From assembly GCA_016930235.1 (NCBI GenBank), contig JAFGHI010000030.1, positions 43,834 to 107,833 of the forward strand: a stretch of DNA of 64,000 nucleotides. Reading direction: 5' to 3'. How positions within the stretch are numbered: the stretch's first letter is position 1; every line of letters begins with the position of its first letter. A program made the translations under genes and the position numbers. This stretch comes from Candidatus Omnitrophota bacterium. Lineage in GTDB: Bacteria; Omnitrophota; Omnitrophia; Omnitrophales; Aquincolibacteriaceae. Below, piece after piece: positions 8,929 to 19,562 of the stretch. The notes beneath the pieces are model-generated. The model was not told the DNA's origin. It worked only from the letters and a program-made list of their open reading frames with translations, and did not search any database.

Positions 8929-10230
8929 ATGGGGTTCGAAAGCTTTATTGCAAGCAAACATCTGACGCACCGGAGAAAGACGGGTTTTATTTCGCTGATT
9001 TCCGTTATTTCCATGGGGGGTGTGGCGGTCGGTGTGATGGCCCTCATCGTTGTCTTGGCGGTGATGAGCGGTTTTGACCGGGAGTTGAAACAAAAGATTG
9101 TCAACGTCCAGCCGCATATCCGGATCGAAAAAATGGGCGGATTAGACGATTATTGGCAAGTGGCCGAACGCATTGAATCCCTCCGGCTTCCAGGTTTGGA
9201 AAGTCTTTCTCCTTTTATTGAAGGTCAAGCCATTGTTCGTTCAGCGAAGAACGCAACCGGTGTTCTCTTAAAGGGGGTTGATGATACCAGCGAGAATTTG
9301 ACGATCTTTGAAAATCACATGGTCTATGGCAATGCGGATATGAGCGATGAGGTGACGATTAAAGTCAAGAGGAGTTTTCTTTTCCGCAAAAAAGAGATTG
9401 AGGAACGTCAAGGCGGGATTTTAATCGGTGAGGTTTTAGCTGCCCGTTTAGGTGTGCGGGTCGGAGATGATGTCATGCTGATTTCCCCTTTTCAAAAGAA
9501 GACGGGTTCCTTTACCTTTTCTGAAGCCGAAAGCCGGCCGTTTAGAGTCAAAGGCATCTTCCGCGTCGGCATGAGTGATTTTGATTCGACGTTAGCGCTC
9601 ATCAGCCTTGAGCAGGCACAGAACATGTATCATCTCGAAGGCCGTGTGACGGGTTTGAGCCTTCGATTTTTTGATGTGGACGATGCTGAGAAATGGAAAT
9701 GGGTTTTAAGAGGAGAATTTCCAGGCAATTATGTTGTTCGATCGTGGTATGACATGAACCACAATTTTTTTCAGGCGCTCAAGGTTGAGAAATCCGTGAT
9801 GACCATTCTCTTGGCCCTCATTATTTTGGTTGCCGTTTTTAATATCGTTTCGACCCTGACCATGACGGTTATGGAAAAGACCAAGGATATAGGTATTCTT
9901 CGTGCGATTGGTGCGACCAAGGCAAGCATCCGTAAAATATTTGTGATGGAGGGATTCGGAATCGGCTTTGTAGGAATTGCAGCGGGGGCGATTTTGGGGC
10001 TTGCCTTAGCCTTCAATCTGAATGAGGTGTCCGAATTTTTGAAAAGAACGACGGGACTCGAGGTCTTTCCAAGTGATATTTATTACTTTGATAAAATTCC
10101 CGTTGAGATCCATTCTCAAGATGTTTTATGGACGGTGACGCTGGGCTTGATTGCTTCGGTTTTGGCCGGTCTTTATCCTGCTCATCGTGCGGCCAATCTT
10201 AAACCCGTGGAGGCATTACGGTATGAATAA
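8929..10230 (+). CDS. Lipoprotein-releasing system permease, LolC/E (FtsX) family
   Basis: It has an N-terminal TM segment, a periplasmic domain and a C-terminal FtsX-like 3-TM bundle. It overlaps the following lolD by 8 bp. Confidence 0.8.
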   Translation: MGFESFIASKHLTHRRKTGFISLISVISMGGVAVGVMALIVVLAVMSGFDRELKQKIVNVQPHIRIEKMGGLDDYWQVAERIESLRLPGLESLSPFIEGQAIVRSAKNATGVLLKGVDDTSENLTIFENHMVYGNADMSDEVTIKVKRSFLFRKKEIEERQGGILIGEVLAARLGVRVGDDVMLISPFQKKTGSFTFSEAESRPFRVKGIFRVGMSDFDSTLALISLEQAQNMYHLEGRVTGLSLRFFDVDDAEKWKWVLRGEFPGNYVVRSWYDMNHNFFQALKVEKSVMTILLALIILVAVFNIVSTLTMTVMEKTKDIGILRAIGATKASIRKIFVMEGFGIGFVGIAAGAILGLALAFNLNEVSEFLKRTTGLEVFPSDIYYFDKIPVEIHSQDVLWTVTLGLIASVLAGLYPAHRAANLKPVEALRYE

Positions 10231-10936
10231 TTCGACCCATGATCTCCTGAAGGTTTATGATTTACGGAAGAATTATGAAATGCCGAGTGATGTCCTGCAG
10301 GTTTTGAAGGGAGTCGGTTTTTCAATGAAAGCCGGAGAGGTGACTTTTATCGTTGGGCGATCCGGGTCCGGAAAATCGACATTGCTTCATTTAATCGGAG
10401 GATTAGACCAGCCGACCTCCGGCAAGATCCTTTTTGAGGGCGAAGACATCGTTACGATGAAGGAAAAAACGCTCACGAAGATTAGAAACCGGCGTTTGGG
10501 GTATGTCTTTCAGTTTTATCATCTGCTGCCGGAACTGACGGTTTATGAGAATGTTATTCTGCCCAGTATGATTGCGGGCAGGTGCGAAAAGAAATGGGTC
10601 CGTGAAATTTTGAGGCGTGTCAAATTGCTGAGCCGGCAGAATCATTATCCCTCAGAGCTGTCGGGCGGAGAACAGCAGCGTGTTGCGATCGCGAGAGCTT
10701 TAGTCAATCAGCCGGCGCTGGTGTTGTGTGATGAACCGACGGGGAATCTTGATGTTGAAACCTCCGAGGAAGTCTTTTCGTTGATCGGCGATTTGAACCG
10801 GGAACATCACCAGTCTTTTTTGATTATTACGCACGACGAAGCTGTGGCTTGGCGTTACGAGCGGGTTTACCGTTTGGTGGACGGGATTTTGTTGAAGGTT
10901 GACCGGAATCAGGAGCATGCACGTTCAACCGTTTAA
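10223..10936 (+). CDS. lolD: Lipoprotein-releasing system ATP-binding protein LolD
   Basis: It has a Walker A (GRSGSGKST), an LSGGEQQR signature and a Walker B (LVLCDEPTGNLD). The ATG at 10223 is in frame and overlaps the permease stop. Confidence 0.8.
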   Translation: MNNSTHDLLKVYDLRKNYEMPSDVLQVLKGVGFSMKAGEVTFIVGRSGSGKSTLLHLIGGLDQPTSGKILFEGEDIVTMKEKTLTKIRNRRLGYVFQFYHLLPELTVYENVILPSMIAGRCEKKWVREILRRVKLLSRQNHYPSELSGGEQQRVAIARALVNQPALVLCDEPTGNLDVETSEEVFSLIGDLNREHHQSFLIITHDEAVAWRYERVYRLVDGILLKVDRNQEHARSTV

Positions 10937-10952
10937 AGAATAGAATTACGGA

Positions 10953-11891
10953 ATGGGTTTTAAAAAAATATTAAAAGAGGAGAGATCCATGGCGCTTCAA
11001 GTTTATTTGAATGGGAAATGGGTGGCAAAAGAGGAAGCAAAAATATCAGTCTTTGATCATGGGCTTCTTTACGGAGACGGGGTTTTTGAAGGCATACGGT
11101 CTTATCAGGGGTTGGTTTTTAGATTGCAGGAGCATCTTGACCGGTTATGGGAGTCTGCACATACGTTGATGCTCAAAATTCCCATGAGCAAGCGTGAGAT
11201 GGAAAAGGCCATTGTGGAAACCTTGCGCATCAATAAACTTCTTGATGCCTATATTCGTGTTGTGATTACACGGGGTGTCGGGGATCTCGGACTGGACCCT
11301 GACAAGTGTAAGCAACCCACGATTTTTATTATTACGGATAAGATTGTGCTTTATCCGAAGTCTTTTTACCAGAAAGGGCTTGAGATTATTACCGTGCCAA
11401 CAGTGCGGAATTTGCCGGAAGCGGTTAATCCGTCGATTAAGAGCCTAAATTACCTTAATAATATTCTGGCGAAGATCGAAGCGAAGAATTCAGGCTGTGC
11501 GGAAGCCTTGATGCTGAACCACCAGGGATATGTGGCGGAATGTACGGGAGACAATGTTTTTATGGTGAAAGCCCCCAAGTCTTCGAAGGGGATGAGTCAA
11601 GTCGTGACGCCGCCTGTTTATTTAGGGGCCCTCAAAGGGATTACACGCCAAGCGATCATGGATTTAGCGGAGGCCAGGAAATATGAGGTTACGGAAACGA
11701 TTATGACGCGGCATGATCTTTTTAATGCCGATGAGGTTTTTCTGACGGGAACGGCGGCTGAAATTATCCCTGTTGTGAAAATTGACGGGCGTGTGATCGG
11801 GACGGGAAAACCGGGAAAAGTGACCGAAGCGCTTTTACGCGATTTCCATCGTTTAACGCGAACGGACGGAGTCCGGTATAAAATCGGATAA
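10953..11891 (+). CDS. ilvE: Branched-chain amino acid aminotransferase (class IV PLP fold)
   Basis: VYLNGKWV...KISVFDHGLLYGDGVFEGIRSY is typical of class IV BCAT. The true start may be the internal MALQ at ~10989. Confidence 0.7.
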   Translation: MGFKKILKEERSMALQVYLNGKWVAKEEAKISVFDHGLLYGDGVFEGIRSYQGLVFRLQEHLDRLWESAHTLMLKIPMSKREMEKAIVETLRINKLLDAYIRVVITRGVGDLGLDPDKCKQPTIFIITDKIVLYPKSFYQKGLEIITVPTVRNLPEAVNPSIKSLNYLNNILAKIEAKNSGCAEALMLNHQGYVAECTGDNVFMVKAPKSSKGMSQVVTPPVYLGALKGITRQAIMDLAEARKYEVTETIMTRHDLFNADEVFLTGTAAEIIPVVKIDGRVIGTGKPGKVTEALLRDFHRLTRTDGVRYKIG

Positions 11892-11921
11892 CTATTTTTT
11901 GTTTGAAGGAGTCCAAAGAGA

Positions 11922-12440
11922 ATGGTTTGTAATCTTTGCGGGACAAAAGAAGCGACGATCCATTTGACGGAAATCATCAACAATCAAATGATCGAGATCC
12001 ATATTTGTGAAGAGTGCGCAAATGAAAAAGGCACGGATTTTAAGACTCATTTTAGTTTCGGCGATCTTTTAGGGGGAATACCGGAATCCGGAAAGTCGCC
12101 AAAAACCGGCGAGAAGAAACTACCCAACCGGTGCCCTTCCTGCGGCTTGACTTATGAACAGTTCGGGAAAACGGGACGTTTAGGGTGCGGTGCCTGCTAT
12201 GACAGCTTTGCGCGTTTGTTGATCCCTTTGATTAAACGGATTCAGCGCTCGATTCGTCATGTGGGCAAAAAACCCGGTAAGGTCCTGAGCGAGCAAAAAA
12301 GTCCGCAAACTCTCAAAGATTTACAGGAGCGTTTAAGGAAATGCATTCAAGGTGAGGAATTTGAAGAGGCGGCAAGGTTGAGGGATGTGATTCGGCAAGT
12401 GGAAGAGAAACAGAAGAAACCTAAAAGGGGTAAAGAATGA
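11922..12440 (+). CDS. mcsA: Protein-arginine kinase activator McsA (four CxxC zinc fingers plus a UVR motif)
   Basis: It has four CxxC pairs, CNLCG, CEEC, CPSCG and CGAC. A C-terminal UVR motif (EEFEEAARLRDVIRQ) is present. It sits immediately upstream of mcsB and clpC. Confidence 0.75.
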   Translation: MVCNLCGTKEATIHLTEIINNQMIEIHICEECANEKGTDFKTHFSFGDLLGGIPESGKSPKTGEKKLPNRCPSCGLTYEQFGKTGRLGCGACYDSFARLLIPLIKRIQRSIRHVGKKPGKVLSEQKSPQTLKDLQERLRKCIQGEEFEEAARLRDVIRQVEEKQKKPKRGKE

Positions 12441-13501
12441 ATCCGCTGGATGCATTGGTCGAACAACCGGTCGAATGGCTGCGTGTCAGCGGGCCCGAGA
12501 GTGATATTGTCGTCAGTTCCCGTTTGCGGCTGGCCCGGAATCTTTTTGGGGTCCCTTTTTTGCAAAAGCTGGAGAATGAGCAAAAAGTCGAGGTTATTGA
12601 AACCGTCGAAAAGGCCATCCGAAGAAGCCCCCGGATGAAAGATGCACACTATCTTAAACGCGCGCAGTTAAGTGAGTTGGATCTGCAGTTCCTTCTTGAA
12701 CGGCATTTAATCAGCCGGGAACATGTCGAGGAGAAGGGAGAAAAGGCCGTTGCGATTACCTCCAACGAAGTGGTAAGCCTGATGGTGCTTGAAGAGGATC
12801 ATCTGAGACTCCAGGCTTTTCAGGCGGGGTTTAGTCTTATGGATACATGGAGGATTATCAATCAAATCGATGATGATCTGGAAAAAAATTTAAATTATTC
12901 CTTTAGTGCTTCACTGGGTTATTTGACGGCATGTCCGACCAATGTCGGGACGGGATTAAGAGCTTCTTGCATGTTGCATTTACCGGGCCTTGTTTTAACG
13001 AAACAAGTTCACAAGGTCCTTCAAGCGTTAGCTAAATTGAATTTAACAGCGCGCGGTTTATACGGTGAAGGAACTCAAGCCACGGGGAATTTTTTTCAAT
13101 TTTCGAATCAAACAACGCTGGGACAAAACGAGGATGAAATTATTGATAATCTCGCTGCGGTCATCCGGCAGGTCATTGAACATGAAAAGGAAGCACGGCG
13201 TTACTTGGTTGAAAAAAAGAGAGTGAAATTTCAGGATCAAGTCTGGCGTGCTCTGGGAACTTTGAGGTCAGCCCATGTCATTTCATCCACGGAGGCGACA
13301 CAGTTGCTTTCGTTGGTGCAATTGGGCCTCCAATTAGAGATTTTGAAAGGGGCCCTGACGAAACAGGAGTTAAATCTTTTGTTTCTCCTGATTCAGCCTG
13401 CTCATTTGCAGAAATTATCCCGCAAGGCCTTGAGTGCGCCGGAACGGGACATCCGAAGGGCAGAGCTGATTCGTCAGAAATTCCAGAAAATCTCACTTTA
13501 G
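12437..13501 (+). CDS. mcsB: Protein arginine kinase McsB (ATP:guanido phosphotransferase)
   Basis: It carries the CPTNVGTGLRAS phosphagen-kinase active-site motif. It overlaps the mcsA stop by 4 bp. Confidence 0.85.
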   Translation: MNPLDALVEQPVEWLRVSGPESDIVVSSRLRLARNLFGVPFLQKLENEQKVEVIETVEKAIRRSPRMKDAHYLKRAQLSELDLQFLLERHLISREHVEEKGEKAVAITSNEVVSLMVLEEDHLRLQAFQAGFSLMDTWRIINQIDDDLEKNLNYSFSASLGYLTACPTNVGTGLRASCMLHLPGLVLTKQVHKVLQALAKLNLTARGLYGEGTQATGNFFQFSNQTTLGQNEDEIIDNLAAVIRQVIEHEKEARRYLVEKKRVKFQDQVWRALGTLRSAHVISSTEATQLLSLVQLGLQLEILKGALTKQELNLLFLLIQPAHLQKLSRKALSAPERDIRRAELIRQKFQKISL

Positions 13502-13575
13502 TCGATGCATTAAATGATTTGTCAATAGTGTCATCATCAATAGGTCAAGAATAGGCCATAGGAGCCTTTGGGAGG

Positions 13576-16035
13576 TTGAGAATGTTCGATCGTTTTACGG
13601 AAAGAGCAAGGAAAGTCATCATTTTAGCGAAGGAAGAAGCAAAACGGTTTAATCACGATTATATCGGGACTGAACACATCTTGCTGGGATTGATCAAGGA
13701 AGGGGAAAGTGTTGCTGCGGCGGTTTTGCAGAATCTTGGGTTGTCCCTTGATACGATTCGATTGGAAGTCGAAAAACTGGTCCAGTTTGGACCCAGTACC
13801 ATCGTTTCCGGAGATATTCCGTTTACTCCGAAAGCCAAGAAAGTGATTGAACTGGCAATGGATGAGGCGAGACGGCTGGGGCATAACTATATCGGGACAG
13901 AACATCTTTTGCTGGGCTTGATCAAGGAAGGCGAAGGCGTAGCGAGTCATGTTTTAATGAATGTCGGCCTTGATTTAAACAAGGTTCGTGCAGAAGTCAT
14001 TAAGCTTCTGGGTTCGTCAACTCCCAGCGGGTCGGGGGGCGGACCCGGCGGGGGAGGCGGGGTTGGAACGGCGCGCGGCAAGACAAAAACTCCGGCATTG
14101 GATTCCTTCGGTCGTGATTTGTCCACTTTGGCACGGGACGGCAAGCTGGATCCGGTTGTCGGACGTTCGGATGAAATCGAGCGTGTGATTCAAATCCTTG
14201 CGCGCCGTACGAAGAACAATCCGGTCCTTTTAGGCGAGGCAGGTGTGGGAAAGACGGCCATTGTGGAAGGTCTTGCTCAAAAAATTATCGCGGGGGATGT
14301 TCCCGAAATCTTAGCGGACAAGAGGATTGTTGTTTTGGATCTCGCGCTGATGGTTGCCGGAACAAAATACCGTGGTCAATTTGAAGAACGTATTAAAGCC
14401 GTGATGGATGAAATCCGTCGTACAGAGAATGTGATGATTTTTGTCGATGAGATCCATACCTTGGTAGGAGCAGGGGGAGCGGAAGGCGCAATCGATGCTT
14501 CGAATATCCTGAAGCCGGCCCTCGCACGCGGTGAAATACAATGCATTGGTGCAACGACGTTGGATGAATACCGCAAATATATTGAAAAAGATGCGGCGTT
14601 GGCCCGGAGATTTCAAACAATCATGGTGGATCCGCCTTCGGTGGATGAGTCCGTGCAGATTTTGAAGGGTTTGCGGGACCGATACGAAGCGCATCATCGA
14701 GTCAAGATAACCGATGAGGCCATTGAGGCTTCGGTGAAACTTTCGGATCGCTATATTTCGGGGCGTTTTCTGCCGGATAAAGCGATTGATATCATCGATG
14801 AAGCAGCCTCTCGTGCGAGGTTATCCGTAACGACGCTTCCTAAAGATCTCAAAAAGATTGAAACGGAGATCGAGGCCTTCAAAAGAGAAAAAGAAGCTGC
14901 CATTAAAGCACAGGATTTTGAGAAGGCGGCCAAGCTTCGTGATCAAGAGCGTCAGGCCAAAGAAGAATTGACGCGCGTCAAAAAGAATTGGAAAGAATCG
15001 AAATCGGAAGTTGAAGTCCAAGTCACCGAAGAAGACATTTCGCATATCGTATCGAAATGGACAGGGGTTCCTCTGGCCCGGCTGGAAGAAAAGGAAACGG
15101 CGCGGCTCCTCAGGATGGAAGATGAACTCCATCGCCGGATTATCGGCCAGGATGAAGCGATCCGGGTCATTTCCCATGCGGTTCGCCGCTCACGTTCGGG
15201 TTTGAGAAATCCGAGGCGTCCGATCGGTGCGTTTATTTTCCTGGGGCCGACCGGCGTTGGCAAAACGCTTCTCGCACGGGGGCTTGCGGAATTTATGTTT
15301 GGTGACGAGGATGCCATGGTGGCTATTGATTGTTCAGAATATGGAGAGAAGTTTAATGTTTCGCGTTTAGTGGGTGCCCCTCCCGGGTATGTGGGGTATG
15401 AAGAGGGAGGACAATTGACTGAAAAGGTACGTCGGCGGCCTTATTCTGTGGTGTTGTTTGATGAGATTGAGAAAGCCCATCCCGATGTTTTTAACATCAT
15501 GCTTCAAGTGATGGAGGAAGGGCGTCTCACCGATTCTTACGGTCGGAAAGTTGATTTTAGAAATACCATTTTGATCATGACTTCGAACGTAGGGGCGTCT
15601 CTTATCAAACGCGACGGTGATTTAGGGTTCAAACCTCAGATGGAAGATATTAATTATGAATCATTAAAGCGAAAGCTGCTTGATGAGACAAAAAAGGTCT
15701 TCCGTCCTGAATTTTTGAACCGTGTGGATGATACGATCGTTTTTCATCCGCTCACTCGCCAGGATCTCGAGCAGATTATCATGATCGAATTGCGGGAAGT
15801 GACTGACCGGTTGAAAGATAAGAAACTGGACTTGGATCTCTCTCCCGAGGTCATGAAATTCTTGATCGACAAAGGCTATGACCCTATCTTCGGTGCACGA
15901 CCGCTTAGACGTACCATTCAACGGTATATCGAAAATATTTTGGCTGAGGAGATCCTTTCCGGGAAGTTCAAGGAAGGGGATAAAATTCAGGCGGTTTTGC
16001 GGGGAGAGCAGATTCAATTTGAGAAAACATCTTAA
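13576..16035 (+). CDS. clpC: ATP-dependent Clp protease ATP-binding subunit ClpC
   Basis: It has doubled Clp_N repeats, two AAA+ modules ([16 protein letters not shown]) and a UVR linker ([10 protein letters not shown]). Confidence 0.9.
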   Translation: MRMFDRFTERARKVIILAKEEAKRFNHDYIGTEHILLGLIKEGESVAAAVLQNLGLSLDTIRLEVEKLVQFGPSTIVSGDIPFTPKAKKVIELAMDEARRLGHNYIGTEHLLLGLIKEGEGVASHVLMNVGLDLNKVRAEVIKLLGSSTPSGSGGGPGGGGGVGTARGKTKTPALDSFGRDLSTLARDGKLDPVVGRSDEIERVIQILARRTKNNPVLLGEAGVGKTAIVEGLAQKIIAGDVPEILADKRIVVLDLALMVAGTKYRGQFEERIKAVMDEIRRTENVMIFVDEIHTLVGAGGAEGAIDASNILKPALARGEIQCIGATTLDEYRKYIEKDAALARRFQTIMVDPPSVDESVQILKGLRDRYEAHHRVKITDEAIEASVKLSDRYISGRFLPDKAIDIIDEAASRARLSVTTLPKDLKKIETEIEAFKREKEAAIKAQDFEKAAKLRDQERQAKEELTRVKKNWKESKSEVEVQVTEEDISHIVSKWTGVPLARLEEKETARLLRMEDELHRRIIGQDEAIRVISHAVRRSRSGLRNPRRPIGAFIFLGPTGVGKTLLARGLAEFMFGDEDAMVAIDCSEYGEKFNVSRLVGAPPGYVGYEEGGQLTEKVRRRPYSVVLFDEIEKAHPDVFNIMLQVMEEGRLTDSYGRKVDFRNTILIMTSNVGASLIKRDGDLGFKPQMEDINYESLKRKLLDETKKVFRPEFLNRVDDTIVFHPLTRQDLEQIIMIELREVTDRLKDKKLDLDLSPEVMKFLIDKGYDPIFGARPLRRTIQRYIENILAEEILSGKFKEGDKIQAVLRGEQIQFEKTS

Positions 16036-16051
16036 TTCCGAAGAGGGGTTT

Positions 16052-17965
16052 ATGCGGTTTGGTTTTTGGCGTGTCTTCATAGGAAGTTTTTTGCTTCTTT
16101 CATGCCTTGCGGGGATTCCCTACCTTTGGGTGACTTCGGAAGTTCAAAAAGACGAGTTTAAGGCGCTTGCTGAAAAAAAAGCAAGCGAATTTCTAAGCGC
16201 CCATGTCGAGATCGATCGCATTCGTGTCGGGATGATCAACCGTGTGGCCTTGAGCGGGCTTAGGATCCGGTCGCAAGCGAAGGACGATGACGCTTACCGG
16301 ATTCATGTTGATCAAATTGTTTTTCGGTATCATCCCCTTGCGTTTTTAAGCCGCAAGCTGTCGGTTCCCTCGGGGATCATTTTGCAGGCCCCGAAACTGC
16401 TGGTCAAACAGACGGAGTTCTCCTATGACCTGCTTAAGGATTTTAAATTCGGTACGGGTGCGGAAAGTGTCTCGTCGCTTGAGTTTAAAGGGGGCGAGAT
16501 ATTTATCTCGGTTCCGGGATTCCGATCCAATATTCATGTGCAGAATATCAATGGGGTGTTAAGACCGCAAATGAATGGCGAAATTCGTGTGAATTTAAAA
16601 GGCCATTTAAAGGGTTTGCTTAACGGTGAAGCGAAATTGCGCGGGATTGTCGCGCCCTTTGAGAGGCGTCATGATTTGGATCTTGAATTGGATTCAGTCA
16701 GTTTAAATGATGAACTTTCGATCCCGCTCAAGGATATGAAGGGCAAGATTCGATGGGTGAATCAGGAGTTTTATTTTGATGGTGTCCAGGCATCCGTTTA
16801 TGGGTGGGATACCTTGATTAAAGGAGAGCTCAAAAATCTTCGAACGGCACCCGTTCTTGCTTTCAGTTGGTCAGCGGGCAAGAAATATCCGGCTTTGATG
16901 CTGACCTTCTTGGCGGATTTTTCAAATGAATATGTTGAAGGCAGCTTGCAGTGGTTGAAAGAAGACAAGCATGTTTTTCGAGGGAATATCAAGCGAGAAA
17001 AATGGAATTTTATATTTAACGATGTTTTGGTAGATGACCAATATTCAGGTAGCGGCCATCTGGATGTGGAATCCGGATACTCCCGTTTTCAATTTCAAAG
17101 AGGGGCGCAGCGTTTCGCCGCGCAGACAAATTTGCGTGATTTGAACTTCCATCTTGCTTTTAATCTGGAGCACGCCAAAATTTACGGACTCGATTTTGTT
17201 ACCTCAGCCGAGATTGAACTCAAGCCGACGAGATCTTGGGAAGAGGGAAGGCTATGGAGTTTCGACGGTCTTTTCCGAACGGATTATTTTGTCCTGGAGT
17301 ATGCGCCATTTTCGGATCTCCAAGGCCGTTTTCAAATTAACTCGTTTGGGGTTCATGATATTTTTTGTTCTTGGGGGCACGCTTTTGAAATGAACGGTGA
17401 TATTTCATTTACATCAAAACGTCCCGAGGGAAAATTCGTGCTTCAGGTTAATGGGTTTGATTTAGCGGGCGTCAAGAATTTTGCTTCAAAACCTTTACCG
17501 AAAACGTTGGGAGGGTATTTGGAGGGTAAGTTGAAGATGGAAGGTGTTTTATCAAAACCGGAGATCTCCGGTTCTTTCAGTGTCAAAGACGGCGTTCTAG
17601 GAAAACTGGAATACGACCGCGGGATGATTCATTTTCATGGTTTTGCGCCTTATCTGCCGTTAGAAGATTCGCGAATTTTAAGGGGCAGAACCGAGCTTTA
17701 CTTAAGGGGGGCCTTGGATCTTTCGCTTGCCAATATGTTTCACGGCATTAGGATTGAAACGGCCGACCATTTTGTTTTGTGGAAAGGTTGGGAATTTACG
17801 ACCAGTGATACAGAAGGGGATCTTGAAATCGATCATATCATTTCGAGACTTCCCAAGATTGCTGTCAAGGCTGGCCTGACGACCGGAGGGGCTACTTTAG
17901 GCGATACGGATAATATGCAGCAGGATGAGGGGTATGTTGCCATTGGACCGAAGGTCCGGTTCTAA
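16052..17965 (+). CDS. Membrane-anchored periplasmic protein, AsmA/TamB-like (putative)
   Basis: It has a single N-terminal TM segment followed by a long beta-rich region. The C-terminal G-x-L-x-G periodic repeats (GGYLEGKLKMEGVLSKPEISGSFSVKDGVLGKL) are reminiscent of the AsmA_2/DUF490 domain. It sits directly upstream of mlaEFD. Confidence 0.4.
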   Translation: MRFGFWRVFIGSFLLLSCLAGIPYLWVTSEVQKDEFKALAEKKASEFLSAHVEIDRIRVGMINRVALSGLRIRSQAKDDDAYRIHVDQIVFRYHPLAFLSRKLSVPSGIILQAPKLLVKQTEFSYDLLKDFKFGTGAESVSSLEFKGGEIFISVPGFRSNIHVQNINGVLRPQMNGEIRVNLKGHLKGLLNGEAKLRGIVAPFERRHDLDLELDSVSLNDELSIPLKDMKGKIRWVNQEFYFDGVQASVYGWDTLIKGELKNLRTAPVLAFSWSAGKKYPALMLTFLADFSNEYVEGSLQWLKEDKHVFRGNIKREKWNFIFNDVLVDDQYSGSGHLDVESGYSRFQFQRGAQRFAAQTNLRDLNFHLAFNLEHAKIYGLDFVTSAEIELKPTRSWEEGRLWSFDGLFRTDYFVLEYAPFSDLQGRFQINSFGVHDIFCSWGHAFEMNGDISFTSKRPEGKFVLQVNGFDLAGVKNFASKPLPKTLGGYLEGKLKMEGVLSKPEISGSFSVKDGVLGKLEYDRGMIHFHGFAPYLPLEDSRILRGRTELYLRGALDLSLANMFHGIRIETADHFVLWKGWEFTTSDTEGDLEIDHIISRLPKIAVKAGLTTGGATLGDTDNMQQDEGYVAIGPKVRF

Positions 17966-17979
17966 TTGAGGATGATGAT

Positions 17980-18798
17980 GTGGAAAAGGTAAATTTTAAA
18001 ACATTGAAACGACTGATATCCGTAAAACGGTGGCTTCAAGCTATCGGACATCAGTCGATTGTTTTGGCGACGAATGCAGGAGGGATTTCTTACCTTTTTG
18101 TGGACACGGTTAGGACATTCGCCAAAACGCGGTTGCGTTGGAAATCAACGATGGACCAAATGATGAAGATGAGCGTGACTTCTTTGCCTTTGGTTTTCCT
18201 GACAGCGTTATTTACCGGGATGGTTTTGACCCTGCAGTCTGCTTATCAGCTCCGTTTATTTGCCGCAGAACAATTTACATCGGATCTGGTGGCTCTTTCG
18301 ATGACACGCGAATTGGGGCCTGTCTTGACGGCGATGGTAGTTGCGGGCCGGGTTGGGGCCTCCATTGCTGCGGAATTAGGGACCATGAAAGTGACGGAGC
18401 AGATTGATGCCTTGAAGGCATCGGCGGTGGACCCCGTTCGCTATTTGGTGGTTCCGCGTTTCGTGGCGGGTGTCATCGGTCTTTTTGTCTTAACCATCTA
18501 TGCCGATTGCATTGGGATTTTCGGAGGTTACGTCATTGCGGTTTTCAAATTGGGTATCAGCTCGCATCAATACATCAAACGAAGCATTGATGTTTTGATG
18601 ATCAAGGACGTGATTACCGGATTGATTAAAGCTTTTTTCTTTGGAGGCATTATTGCGACGGTTGGCTGTTATTTTGGCTTTAAAGCACAAGGGGGCGCCG
18701 AAGGGGTCGGGAGGGCGACGACCATAGCGGTGGTGACGGCCTTAGTGATGATTATTGCTTCGGATGCCCTTTTCACGGCTATTTTTTACTTTTTCTAA
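17980..18798 (+). CDS. mlaE: Phospholipid ABC transporter permease MlaE
   Basis: Its conserved core (MTRELGPVLTAMVVAGRVGASIAAELGTMKVTEQIDAL) is typical of MlaE. Confidence 0.85.
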   Translation: MEKVNFKTLKRLISVKRWLQAIGHQSIVLATNAGGISYLFVDTVRTFAKTRLRWKSTMDQMMKMSVTSLPLVFLTALFTGMVLTLQSAYQLRLFAAEQFTSDLVALSMTRELGPVLTAMVVAGRVGASIAAELGTMKVTEQIDALKASAVDPVRYLVVPRFVAGVIGLFVLTIYADCIGIFGGYVIAVFKLGISSHQYIKRSIDVLMIKDVITGLIKAFFFGGIIATVGCYFGFKAQGGAEGVGRATTIAVVTALVMIIASDALFTAIFYFF

Positions 18799-18803
18799 AA
18801 AAG

Positions 18804-19556
18804 ATGATTGAGATACGCGGTCTCTTTAAAAGTTTTGGAGTGAGTCCAGTTTTGAAAGGATTAGATTTGTCCATTCGAGACGGGGAGACCCTTGTGATTA
18901 TCGGACGATCGGGTTGCGGAAAGAGTGTCCTTTTGAAGCATATTATGGGACTCTTGGAACCTGATCAGGGGCAGGTCTTAATCGACGATGTCGATATCTT
19001 TTCTCTCGACGATCGCCAGCTTGAAGGGTTCCGGCTCCGGTTGGGCATGCTCTTTCAAGGGGCAGCCCTTTTTGATTCCTTGTCGGTCGAAGAGAATGTC
19101 GGATTTTCGCTTTATGAACATACAAGGCTGCCGATTCCCGTCATTCGAAAGAAAGTGGCGGAGAAGTTGGACTTAGTGAACCTTAGCGGAATCGAAGATC
19201 TAATGCCTTCGGAGCTTTCCGGAGGCATGAAAAAGAGAGTTGGTTTGGCCCGAGCTATTTGTAATGAACCGAAAATTATTCTTTATGATGAGCCCACAAC
19301 GGGGCTGGACCCGATCACGGCGGATGCGATCAACGATTTAATTTTACGCATGCAGGAGAAACTCAAAGTGACCTCGGTGGTTGTGACTCATGATATGACC
19401 AGCGCCTATAAAGTTGCTAACCGGATTGCGATGCTTTATGGTGGGCGGATTGTCGGCATTGGAACGCCCGAGGAAATTCGTCAGACGAATAATCCTATTA
19501 TTAAACAATTTGTGACTGGGTCGGCAGAGGGACCCATTACGGATAAACATAAGTGA
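18804..19556 (+). CDS. mlaF: Phospholipid ABC transporter ATP-binding protein MlaF
   Basis: It has a Walker A (GRSGCGKS), an LSGGMKKRV signature and a Walker B. Confidence 0.85.
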   Translation: MIEIRGLFKSFGVSPVLKGLDLSIRDGETLVIIGRSGCGKSVLLKHIMGLLEPDQGQVLIDDVDIFSLDDRQLEGFRLRLGMLFQGAALFDSLSVEENVGFSLYEHTRLPIPVIRKKVAEKLDLVNLSGIEDLMPSELSGGMKKRVGLARAICNEPKIILYDEPTTGLDPITADAINDLILRMQEKLKVTSVVVTHDMTSAYKVANRIAMLYGGRIVGIGTPEEIRQTNNPIIKQFVTGSAEGPITDKHK

Positions 19557-19562
19557 GGCGTT

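Noticed and set aside
11892-11921. CtsR operator (GGTCAAA heptad repeats) upstream of mcsA
   Set aside because: No such repeats are present, and there is no ctsR gene upstream.
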